Part shown: piece after piece, positions 37,418 to 48,951 of the stretch | Numbering within the stretch: position 1 is the stretch's first letter | Layout: each line of letters starts with the position of its first letter | Origin: Moniliella sp. 'wahieum' | Taxonomy: Eukaryota | Direction: 5' to 3' | DNA: 64,000 nucleotides | Assembly: GCA_003971905.1 (NCBI GenBank) | Contig: RSEE01000044.1 | Location: 310,001 to 374,000, forward strand | Made by a program: the position numbers and the translations under genes | The notes under the pieces: generated by a model | The model's database searches: none | What the model saw: the letters and a program-made list of their open reading frames with translations, nothing else | What the model was told of the DNA's origin: nothing

Positions 37418-40400
37418 CAACATAAAGAAACTCATCACTGAACAAAAACGGGCGAAGAAAATCGGTGTTATTCTAGATTTGGGCAGCGAATACATCACAA
37501 GTGATGGAAAACCAAGAGGCATTCGGTTGAGATATTGAACCCAAACTTGAAGAGTTGATCCCAGAAAAGTCATACCTATCAAGGTCCTAGCAAAAAAAAA
37601 AAAACGCCGAGAAGTAACTTGACAGTGGTCTCCTCTAACCTAGGACAACAACGGAGATTGACAATTCTGGTCTTACCGCGTATATCGAAATGACTCTACT
37701 AATGCACAAGCCCATCCCAAACTTGCGGATCAGGAATGGCTCTCGGAACTTCGTGCATATAATGTTCTTCTAAGGGAATGCAACGGATACATCTTTTTTG
37801 TGGCTGTTCTGTACGTCAAACATGCATGCGCCTAGTCGCAAACCAGCGGCCAGTATTTTTGAACGCATTACCAGTATTGTTATAACGCTGTATTTTCATA
37901 GTCGTGAACGTGATCAACACTTTCGATTTTTGGAGAATTCATGAGGTAGGTATATGACTATGACATGTTAGAAATGCTCTCATGTGTTTGAACAATCTTC
38001 GTTGAAAACTCACGAATGGTTATCGCAGGGTAATTACTGTGGTCTCAACACCGTTTTGCTGTACTCTCCAACTATATGAGTGATGCTCGCTTAGTTACAC
38101 TGAGTCGAGTTGAGAGCTGACTATGCATTTCCTCGGTTACCTTGGGTATCTGCGTTGCATGCTTGCTGGACTGTAATGTGTCTCCCCCGTCTTTTGCCTT
38201 GCCTGTCGTTGACACTAATCGTTAGGGGTATCCGCAGTTTCCCCTGATGTCATTATTCTGCAACGCGTATTACTTCACCATCTATTGTGGTTTGTGTGCG
38301 AGCCAACTATGAGAAAGTACCTATCATCGCGGCTAAAAATTCGAAACATGTGGATTTGCACTTGCTAGTGAGAACACATGGCAGTGCAACTCTTATACGG
38401 CGATATGTTAACTACACCTTCGACTCATTCTGACATTGCCTACCCTCGATACCACGAGTGGTATCATGTGACTAAGTTGAAAAGGGCTCTCTCTTCTTTC
38501 AGATGAATAACCCCCATCTATTCCACATTATGCGGCTAGAATCGTTATCCTTTTCACGCTCAAGTCTAGTTGAAGTCATCGAACATACTCGAACTCGTTC
38601 AGTATCTGTTAAGTCGACTTATTCGACTTACCGGAAATATCTATTTGAGCGCTTTCGACCTTCTTGCATTTGTACTCGTCTCTATGGCCGATCATATGTG
38701 GACATGTACCTACGTTGGTTCATAGATACCACTAGATGGTCGGGACTCATTTTTATGAGAATTCATCACTAACCCAGCCTTGTCGTCGGATACAGTTGTA
38801 ACCGGTCAAACATTGAAGGCGGCCCGCGCTAGTGATATCAAAGGCAATATCAAGTGGCCACCGTTCTTTTTTCCTTTGCAACCGCCGGCTTCAATAAGCG
38901 CCTTGTCTTCCAGTGACCCCTGGGCTGTTTTGTTTTGGGTCAGTTTTGTGCTATCGCTTACCTTCAACACCGACCTCATCGGTACTCAACTCGACGAGTC
39001 TCGCTATTCGAGCGCAGGCCTCCAATTACTCTAAACCAATGATAACGCTGTGGTCATACTGCGTTTGTGCCTCTGCCCATCGTTAGACAGGCATTGTTTG
39101 CCTCCTCTGTGGTACCAAGCTGACCACGACCGAAAACCCCTCATTTACCAAATCCAAGTCCCTTATACTCTTCCTTTAGAACAGTGGTGTAGCCAGCGCT
39201 CGTGTTGCTTTGTCCGGTGACATTTCATGATAGGTTCAGATCGTCTTGAAGAGCTTTGAGTGATGATCATACGCTATCACTGGGAGTAAATGTAAGAATC
39301 GGTCGAGGTGATCGGTGAGGCCTTTTGGATACCACCGACCTTTTCTTGCAGAGCACTGAAGAGGTGGTGTCAACCAGGGGGCAACGTTGGCAAGCACCGC
39401 AGATGGGATGCCGAACACCAGCTAACATGGAGCAGGCTCACTAGCAGGGAAGACACGGGAAGAGTGTGAATTCAGGGCGAGATCCATGCCACAGGTCGTA
39501 ACCTCCCTAGGCCGTTCGTAGCAGTGAGAGGGCAAATAGGGAAAGGAAAGAGCGCGTGCAACGACAGGTTCACTGCTTAAGTGAGCAAATTGAGCGCTCT
39601 GGCAACAGATGGTAATCTGGCGACGACCATGTCATCAGGTTTCCGAGGAAGCCCACAACAAACATAGTACGGATTGAACAGAAACAGCAAGCAGTATACA
39701 GCGATGGATAACGAACAATGCTACCCATCCCTCCGCCCCGTGACGCCATGACGGCAACGATGAACCCCTCAAGCCCGAATGTCGTACAATCGATGCAGTC
39801 AAGGTATGACTATGTGGCCAGTAGCTCGACGATTGGCCCACAGTCATTTGTGCCGCGCTACATCAACGTCTTCGTTGCCCCTCTTCACACTAAGCAAACC
39901 TGCTGCAGCATCCACTATGTGTCTCATTTTCCGTACAGCAGTAGTAGTAAAGTAGTGCGTACTGAACCTGTCTAATATTCCAAGCACAGCGTCTCCAGCC
40001 GATCCACACAGCAGGCTCGGGTAAAGTGCAACTGGAGGCCATAATCAACCACAATCGGCCAGATCCAAACTGTGGTAGCAATAACTAAGCCCATGGGCTG
40101 GAGCACTAAGGATGATCCTACGGTATCAGCGTTCAGCTGTAAAGCAGCCTTGAGACAAAGCATGTGAAGGCAAAGTGGAGAGCCACAAGTCTGCAGCTAA
40201 GCTAGCTTTACCAACCAACTTGAGAGGGGGGTACAGGAAAATGCTATTAGTACTACCTTCTCACACCATGGTAGCAAGGATAATAGTATGTAGATGATAA
40301 TTCTTTCATGGGCGGGCCCCCGAGCTGGAGCCGGAAAAAACGGTTTAGGGGCTTTCCCATGCATGGAGGAGGGGTGTGTCCAGTCGCGGTTTGTCGAGCT

Positions 40401-41212
40401 TGAACGTTATGGGCAGATCCGACCGGAGCTAGAGAAAAGAACTGTGTCACGGGCTGGCCCAGCCAAGGGGCTCACCCAGGTTCGTGGGGAGCAATCCATT
40501 AGGAGATGGAAGGACGACTCACGGTAGTTTCGGGCTTGGGCTTGCTGGTGAATCCGAGCGGAGCTATGGACGAGGAGTGGCCTTTGGTGGGAGGGCTGCA
40601 CGAGTGGCAAAAAAGCTGCGTCTGCACCGGCTTAGGTGGTAGTAACGTGTTTGAAGCCTCCGGGGCGTAAGTCCAGGAGGAGGCAGAGGTGAACAAACTG
40701 ACTGCCCAACTGAGACTGGATAGAGACTGAAAATCGACGCGGCTGAAGGAGGGCTTGCGCGACTGGACTGATGGAGTTCTGGAGGACGAGGTCGGAAGAA
40801 GTCGGAAGCTAACATTAAAGAGGAGGTTGCCTGTACTGGATCAATTGGCTGGAAAACGGGCAGGAGGCGTCAAAAAGGAGGAGAGTGAAGACCAGAATGG
40901 AAGGTGGGGGCAAGGATCCCCATCAACCAGGGGTAATACAGGGGCAAGATCAAAGGGAAACGGATCCAAGAAGGAGTGTAGAAAGGAAGACGCGCCAAAA
41001 AGAGTGTTGGTCGCTGCAGGCGTGACCCAGAAAGGAAACTGAAACGGGGACAGAAGTGATAGTCGCCGCAAAGGTACTGGAAGCTCGGTGGCGTTATTAG
41101 GCCATCCGATTTGGACTTAGGTGGGGGGCGGCTATTGTCGTGCGGACGCATAATGGCTCTCGGGCCACCGCACCCAATTTAACCAACCATCATCGACATC
41201 ATCCCTAGATCA

Positions 41213-42260
41213 CGTCCATTTCATTGATAGAGCTTAAGGCTGGGGCAGGGGGAACGCTACGTCTAAACCTAACCGTTCATATTGCGGGGGTTACTACTTG
41301 GAAGCGCCACTAAGGTTAAGGAACCAGGGGGATCGCAGGATATCCGGACCCTCCGACTCTCGCCATCCGGTCCCGTACCCTAGGAAGCGCGTGTGGATAT
41401 GGATGAACGTGGTTGACATCCGAGCGAGGAACCATTTCCACTGAGACTTAGTGGCCAACTCCTTCCAATGCGCAAACAACTTGCCCGCTGTCTTGGTGCC
41501 GTAGTATCCTCGCGTCGCCAAAATCAGGGGGAAACACGCTTCGTGAATGCGTCCTTGGTACTTGGCGTTCTTGTCGCATTCTGCTAGTTGTTCAAGCAGC
41601 CGAAGCAGCTCCTTCTCCGGCGTTCCAAGGGGGTTGCGGTGCTCTCATGCACCACCCTCCGGTACGCGCTCTGCGCCTCCAGCGACGTGTCGCGCAGCGT
41701 GTGGTCTACCTCCATTCCTGATCCTCCGACGCTCCGGGCCCATCACGCGGTAGTCGGTGCGCTGTGTCCTCTGTCTCGTCCCATCCTCTTCCTCCACCAT
41801 AGGTTCGTTGCGGACGTGGGTGTCGGGGATGGAGCGTATGAGCTGGAGAATGGGCTCCCGCACTGCCTCATGCAACGCACCAACTTGGCCTGGGTGCGGG
41901 TGCAAGACATGATGTGCTCCAGCGAGGAAATGACGCCGCACTTGCACATGCTGCGCGTGGTGCGGCCAGCGTGCGGAGCTGGAGACCAACCTGGATCTGC
42001 TTGTGGTCAGAGAGCTTGAGGCATTTTGGAAGACGACGCGTCAGGCCTCAAGCTCAACCTGAGCAAGTGTGTCGAGCGGGACCGGGACCAGATTCGGGAG
42101 GATGGTCTGCAGGTTCTGGGCACTTGTTGGGAGGGTAGACTGTCGTCGATCGTGGCTCCACGGCTGCGGACTTTGTATAAGAAATTTCCATGTTCTGGCT
42201 CTTCGGCTTTAAGCACGTTGTTTTCCTATGAGGCATACTACTATATAAACTTCCTTTAGT
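41213..42260 (-). mobile_element. Truncated CRE-clade (Cnl1/MoTeR-like) non-LTR retrotransposon: zinc knuckle, restriction-like endonuclease and 3' tail on minus, with an inverted RT/thumb fragment on plus (~41976-42260)
   Basis: Minus strand, across frameshifts: RTL..CKCG..EHIMSC..HEAVR..VRNEP..RTDYRV..ECDKNAKY..FPLILATRG. Plus strand: SGLKLNLSKC..EDGLQVLGTC. Confidence 0.8.
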
Positions 42261-42370
42261 GTTTTCCCAGAATCAGCGCCGTAGCATTTATCTATTTGCG
42301 GTATAGTGCCTCCGCTTGGAAATATCCATAGTGAGAAGGCAGAGCCCGGGGGAAATAGTGAGGAAAAGAG

Positions 42371-42442
42371 AGGCTCGAGGGGGAATCGAACCCATGACAT
42401 CGCCGATTGGTCAGTGACGCGTTACCACTACGCTATCGAGCT
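42371..42442 (-). pseudogene. Degenerate tRNA or tRNA-derived element (CCA at the apparent anticodon position; identity uncertain)
   Basis: GCTCGA/TCGAGC acceptor stem, A-box TAGCGTAGTGG, B-box GGTTCGATTCC and a T4 run downstream. Anticodon and T stems are mismatched and U33 is absent. Confidence 0.65.
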
Positions 42443-43307
42443 GCGATAGGAGCAGCTGTAGGATCACAGAGCCTCCGCTGCGAAAGCACAAACCAAAAGG
42501 GTAGAAGGCGAACAAGGCAGACATCTGCTCCACTATTACTATGGGTTGCATGCTGGCTACTAATATATCAACGCCACTGGCGTTCCAGTGCTCGACTATA
42601 TACCCAACAGAGAGAGTCTTATCTTCGTCGCTGGTGGTTCATACACCTGCTTCACAGTTGATGCGGCATTCCTATTGAGACTCTTCATCCTCGTTGGTAG
42701 CGTCCAAAACAGATGCGTGGGACGGGCGAATGGTCCGCGTAATGGGCCCACGCCGCCTCGCCCTCCCAGCGGTAGGCTGAAGGGGCAGCACCCACCGCAG
42801 CCCGGTGGCGTTGAGCTATCACTTGGGCCAGTGTGCCGGCTTCGCTGTGCTCTGTGCTCGCTTGTCCCAGGCGCAAATCGAGGTTTCGTGGCCCTTTGGA
42901 GGGGTTTTCAATGCGTGCTCCAGCAGGACATGCTTGAGATGCGCAACGTGCCGAATAGTACCGATTCAAACCAAGATTTGGTTGATGCCGATGGCTTTGA
43001 AGGTAACATATCCTGTCAGGCAATGCATGCGCGGTTAGCCTCGAGCAACCATTGAATCGCCAACTGTTTTGCGGAGGGGCGTACCAGGCGTTCTTTTGGC
43101 CCTGATATCAGCCAAGCATTGAGAGATCAGATTCGGCGCACCGGGGGGCGACGGAATTGCACCCTCTTGTTTCCTTGCCATTGAGGGAAGGTTCTGGCGA
43201 TATCGCATGCGGCTGGCATATTTTGTTTCTTGGGGAGATGGTGATGGTGTCGCTGTAGGAGAGTTCAGCTAGGTGAACAGGTGTCTCTGTCCGGAAGTAG
43301 GCTTGAA

Positions 43308-43545
43308 CTGATGAGACCTGGAGTGTGGATGGTCTTTGAGGGCGATGCAATCGCACTGGTGCTGGTGGTGGTGGTCTAAGCCAACCAGCAACACCTACAA
43401 AGGAACAGCAAGCAGCGAGTCGCCACCAGGGACTATGCTGCAGAACAAGGAAAAACAGAAGAGAGAAACAGCAGAACTCCCAGGCCTGAGGAGGAGCTGA
43501 AGGACATTAGCCAAAGCACGAGCCACCCGATGGCTCAACATGAAC
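43308..43545. repeat. Dispersed repeat, copy B (see 10646-10910)
   Basis: Colinear shared words with copy A. Confidence 0.7.
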
Positions 43546-44539
43546 TGTCTGTCCGTTTACCTATTTCTCCCCATGTCAGGCAGTATGCGGGTCTTATTTT
43601 GCAGGGCTGTGCGCTCGCTGAGCGCACAGCCGGAGCCCGAAGGCTGAAGTTACCGTACGACTACCAGTGACCGTCGGTGAGCAGTTAACGTTTAACGTAC
43701 TTTAACATGCTTCGTGCGAGCGACCCTGCCCCGCACGGGCTTCAGCCGCCTCACGTCGCAGGGCAGCACAGCATGCTCTCCAGCACCATGCTTCTGTTTT
43801 GGGGGTGTTGGGTGATGCAGGATGATCGATGATCTGATCGCTCAAACAGCGGCCCCAGGCCTCAATTTGAGGTGGTACAGTCAATTCACGCTCCGCAAAT
43901 CTCAGCTCGATCGACCCCTGGGAATCCGACCCCTGGTGGGGAAGCGACCACACAGCTGCATCCCTTTTAGTCGAACTGCATGCCCCCGCCCACCACCTTT
44001 CCCGCCATCATCTTTCTGTCGAGCCAGTACTGCCACTCTACAATGCCTCCCTCCCGCACCGTCAGGACGCCCCAGTAACCAGCAACGCCTCTCGCCGCCC
44101 GAGGGACACACGACGTATCAACCCTGAACCGGAGCCCTTGGTGGAGACTGCTTTCGAAGGTGACGAACCGTCCCCCGAAGAACCACCTGGTGGCACCAGT
44201 GGGGTCAACAGCGATTCCGACATCGACTCCGACGGCGGAGAGGGAAAAAAGGGGTACGGACCGAGAGTTACGTTATAGTCCCTCCCTCCCTGGTTCCCGT
44301 GTTGGTTCATGAAATGATTATGCGGGGTCAATTGAACCAGCAGACGACGACGATGAACAACGAAGAAGTTGCGCTGGATCTTGACGCTGGCACCTTGTTC
44401 CCCCGCACAATGGACGCTGACGAAGAGAGCTCCGTTAATCAGGACGAATTTGCTGGCATTCCCCCTCTGCTCTGGCCCTTTGGCCGGAGAATTGGATCCA
44501 TATTTCATCGATCCCCTCGTTACAAGGGCAACATTGATC

Positions 44540-44970
44540 ACTCAGCGAGGAAAGCCTATGCGAGATCAAGACTCTTCGGGTCTCTTTTTTGTCAATCAAT
44601 GCGAAGCAGGAGTCGTTGGCCAAGGGCTTTACCATGTCCAACCCACGCCAGCATTTCGAACGCTTACTGGAGCACAAAAAGGTCAGGACCATCAGCTCTG
44701 GCCGCACACCCCAGGATTACTTTGAACTATACTGACACTTTCTCTTTCCATGAAAGGATCGCCACTGACAGAAATGGTACAAATGGCTCGCGGTATGGGT
44801 TTGTCTGCATCCCGAGAGCAGGATCGGCAACAATTAAGGATTTAGGCTTAGTTTTCCGTCCGCAAGCGGCTTGTTCCCCGCGAGGTCTGGAAGAGTTCAC
44901 TTTTGACCCGGGACAACTCCTGGCCCATATCGGTCGTGTGACAAAAAGTTTGTCCAAGTTCTGTTGACGG
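44540..44970 (+). mobile_element. Possible decayed CxC2 cysteine-cluster region of a Kyakuja-Dileera-Zisupton (KDZ) transposon
   Basis: FGSLFCQS...FHERI..RNG...ATIKDLGLVF...KFC resembles the CxC2-associated pattern (CFG..FC..C, FHxI..WNG, TLxxLGL, FC). Several Cys residues are lost. Confidence 0.35.
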
Positions 44971-47900
44971 TGTTCCTGAAGCCGACTTGGTCGACCATGC
45001 GTCGTCGCATTTTCGATTTGGCGGTACGGTTTTATGCTTACACTGCTGGTCATGACCTTGCTACCCCCTAACCTATAACCCATTGCTTTTTGGAGGAGAA
45101 GGTGGCCACAGGAGAGATGGTGGATGTGTAGTCCTGGGTGCGGAAGGGGCATCAAGTTGAAGAGCAACGTTTAAGGCCGCGATGGCGAAAGTTGATGTGG
45201 CCGCAGGCCACAGAATGGACACCCTAACCCACCCAAAAATGCATTTGATCGAACTTAGGATTAAACAGGTGCGAATTTCTTGGATATATACCCCTGGCGC
45301 AAACACGCGGTTAAGCTAAGTACTTCTATTATAGCGAGATATGGATAATGGCCAAACCCACTACAGCTTATGGCCGTGCTTTTACACCATTTGTTCTGGG
45401 AACTTGGTTTTATCCCATACAAACCCCGCAGCCGTGCAGAGGTAATGCTGGTGAGCTATGGCGTAATGCGGGTGTGTTGCATGGTCGGTCAAGGAAGAAT
45501 TCTCAAGGACATGTTGTTACAAAAATCAGCCGCAAGGGGAAGAACATAACAAAGGCGAACAAACAGGAACTTTAAGAAAAAGCAACATACAACGTACAAA
45601 CGGAAGGAATAAAGGCGAATGGTTCTCAAAAGGAGCACAAAACAAGGAGGGAAAGGTTCCCACCCCGGTTAGGAACAGGAACACCAGTCAAACATGAAAA
45701 AGACTCAGAATAATAGGCACGTTCTCCGCTTTCAGCAATGACGTAAATGCATGAGGGAGATTCTCACAACGATAACGACACGCTCGGATCAGGAAACTGA
45801 TGACGTCCAAATGCGACAGCTCACCTTAGAGCTCACATGCCCTCAATTAAAAGTCCACAAAATTTGAAGTAGCATAAACTCAGTACTAGGCACTCAAAGC
45901 TCACGCACGGGTCTCTTCAGCCGTACGGAAGCCTGGGACTCGATCTTGGTCGCACATATTGACGGAAGCGTGCTCCGATGGTGGTAGTGTTGTTTATGCG
46001 AGCCAGCACCCAGTGAGACCCCCGTGACACTGTTGATGGTCTGGCTAGCCACGATCGGGCAGGGTTTTGGATTTGGGAGCGAACTCTGGGATCGGGGTTG
46101 GGTTAGGGAGACTAAGGGAGCGCGTAGGCTCCGTCAGGCTGGTTAGTCCGTCTGCTATCCGTTCCATGATATGCAGAAACGCCTTAATACTTTTCAGGCA
46201 GTCTGGATATCGCCGAACAGCCTGATATCGTTATTGATTAACCTTGGTCCTCTCTCGTTTCAGAGGGAAGGGGGTGGCGGGGGACGTCGTCGAACATCCT
46301 GCAATCACTGATATCAGAATGAGGTCCATGGTGATTGCGCTTCAATGATGATGGCCTTGAGCTCCTCATCTTCAACATCAATTGGTGGCCGAAGAGGTTC
46401 GCAGGCGGGTGTCCACAGGGATCAAGATTGTTCACCATCGTTGTGTCTCGTGGGAGAGAGCGAGATGGACGCTAACGTTCATGGTTCTAGGTGTACTCAT
46501 TGACCAGCTCGGGGATGAGTAGATGGGGATGTAATACAGTCGGTCTCGGCGCTACTAGTTGGATGTGAGCACTGAACATCGTATTCGACGAAGAAGTTTA
46601 TATGACTGCCGAATCGTCTAGAAGACTCTGGTGCGAGCTCGGAAGCAAGGAAAAGCTGACTCACTTGACACAGGGTCCGCGTAGCGGTCCTAAGACGGAT
46701 GTCAACTCAACAGCCATGGAGGGGATAAGATTGTACCGTTGGGGGCGGTTGCCCGTTCCCCGTTCCAGAAACAAAGAAATGTGCTTCGTAGCACACAATG
46801 GTATAGCTTGGTCTTTTTCGAGCTCATGGTGCGCCGGTTGGAGAACATTTTTTGAGACAGTGACAATGTGCCCGAGGGGTCAAGGGGATTGACTTGAATG
46901 AAGTTCTTGTTATCAATTAGGCTCTGCCTGCACAGGTTCGAATCCTGTCATTGTCGTTCTACTTTTTGTAAAGCTACTGCAACGTCGATGAGGGTAAGCG
47001 AAAAGGAGTATCAAGGTCATCTGTCAGAAAGAGACGGGGCGAAAGACAAATCGTTCGTGAGAGGAAATAGGAGTCATCAGGCATGAGACAAAAAGGAGTG
47101 TAAGGGGATATGGCCAGTCGGACCGACTTTGGAAACTCACTCCTGACGACGGATTTGAATCCAATACTGTACCTGACAACAAGTCCAGCTCACGGATTGT
47201 CTGTGAGGGGGAGGGGGGGGGTGCATACGTCAGGAAAGCAAGTCATGTACTCGTGACGTAACAGAAGCTTCAAAGTGACTTGGCATCGAGTTGTCCCAGC
47301 TCCCGTGAGCAGGGGAAAAGGGTGGCGGAACAAGCCGCAACATCGGCCTCGCTAATAGGAGTCGGCATTGCAAGGCTGTCAGCAAGGCGAAAGCACGACG
47401 ACTGTTTGGTACGAAGCTTGAGCTTCAGGCCTACGTCTGTTGGTACCCTTGCGCCACCGGCGAGAGGGCTGGCTTTCCCTCGGCCTCCTTCAAGCAAGAT
47501 TGCCATCGCACGGGAGGCCGCACCGTGACATGGAGCCTCTGGATGCTGTCCGAAATAAAGCTAAGGATGTTGAAGTGAGAGCCTGTTCGGGCATCATCTC
47601 ACTAAAGTCGGACATATTTTTGTAACGAGAATCTTGCTCTCTGGTTGCTGGATGACATGGTCGATGGCTAGTAGGAGGATGTCGAGGGAGCTGATGAATG
47701 GGGGAAGGACAGAACGCGTAAGGTGTTAGACGGGGTTCTTCATGGCTAATCGAAATTTCTGGTGCACAATCTTGTGGGCCTTGCCCACCTTGAATTTCGT
47801 ACGTAGTCCTCACATATCTATCCGGAACCTTGTTACCGGCATTTTCGATTATCTATGTTGGGCTTCGCGCCCTCATTCGTAAATGGGCAATTCACAAGTA

Positions 47901-48353
47901 ATAATAGTGAAACCTTGCCAGCACCACGTTCGACTCTGGCCCAGCGTGACCTTCTCCTGGTCCAAATGAGGGGAAGTTGGACAGGAGATTTTCCGGGGGG
48001 ATCGGGCTGAGGTTACGGTTACGGCTGACAGTGTCGGAATGGGGCTCTCTGCCCGCCCGGTCGTGCATGGAATGTTGTGCACAGGCCACGTTCTGAGCTA
48101 CTCTGCGTTTGATAGCTCTAGCTCACTTCGGTGCCTGAGGATCAAGCTTCAAGAGCTTCATGGCTCAATGAGAACTGGATCTATTTATTAGAACCACTTG
48201 CACTGACGACTGTGCATCAGAAAAGAGAAGATGAGTGGAGCACACCCTGCTTTGGGGCCTCCTGAACGAGTTTTGTGCTCGGCCAAGCGAGAGGGCGCGG
48301 CGCGTGTTTGCCCTTGTCGAGCGTTGAACGTAGAACTTCAACGTCTTCGTCTT

Positions 48354-48515
48354 GCCTGAGGCCTGGGGGGCCTGAGGCCTGAGGGGCCTGAGGCCTGAGG
48401 GGCCTGAGGCCTGAAGCTTGAAGCTTGAAGCTTGAAGAAGTTGAAGAAGCTTCAAGCTTCAGGGCCTCAGGCTCAACGTTGAAGTTCAACGTTCACAGAA
48501 CGTTCAACGTTCAAC
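48354..48515. repeat. Compound heptamer array (AGGCCTG)n-(AAGCTTG)n-(AAGCTTC)n-(AACGTTC)n with fold-back symmetry
   Basis: Read directly. gcctgaggcctgaagcttgaagctt pairs with the downstream aagcttcaagcttcagggcctcaggc, with one bulge. Confidence 0.9.
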
Positions 48516-48951
48516 GGCCAGCCGCCCGGGCTGCGGTTGTTTTCCGTTCCTGTGTGCTTCCAGCTGCTCCCGTTGGGCGCAGTGGACCTCTCGACGGCCG
48601 AAGCGCTTTGTCCCTATCGTGTCCCTCCCTGGTCCCTAAAAACCAGTCCAGACACGGGTTAGTCAGTAGCTAGTCATTTGTCATGCACCAGGCGGATGCC
48701 AGAGGCAGTTCTCACTGGACAAGAACCAGTAATCGATCGATAATCGATTAATCACTAGAATCACTTCTACACGCGTCACGCGTGGCCGTCACTAGTCCGT
48801 CGCCATGGCTTGATCTGGCCACTGTTCCAGCACCTGGGCAGCCGCTGGCGATTGAATGTTGAACGTTCAACAGCCGGCTGAAGGCCCAGCCGCCGCCGCC
48901 CATCTCATCTCTCCGTTGCTGCCCCCTCCTGCCCCCCGACCGCCATCGCCC

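Noticed and set aside
37157..41480. DNA transposon bounded by 265-bp terminal inverted repeats
   Set aside because: The repeats are coding/3'-tail sequence of a non-LTR element, one copy continues into its endonuclease domain, and no transposase is seen between them.
45060..46120. Interstitial telomere repeats (ccctaacc at ~45066 and ~45222, ggttaggg at ~46101)
   Set aside because: Only isolated single units, as expected by chance; there is no tandem array.
46000..47620. Intron-containing gene on the minus strand
   Set aside because: Splice-like signals are present, but the frames are full of stops and no family was recognisable.
48354..48515. CRISPR-like array, or cloning polylinker contamination (HindIII, StuI and AclI sites)
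   Set aside because: There are no unique spacers or cas genes and the context is eukaryotic. The same degenerate units recur at many intergenic sites, unlike a vector linker.
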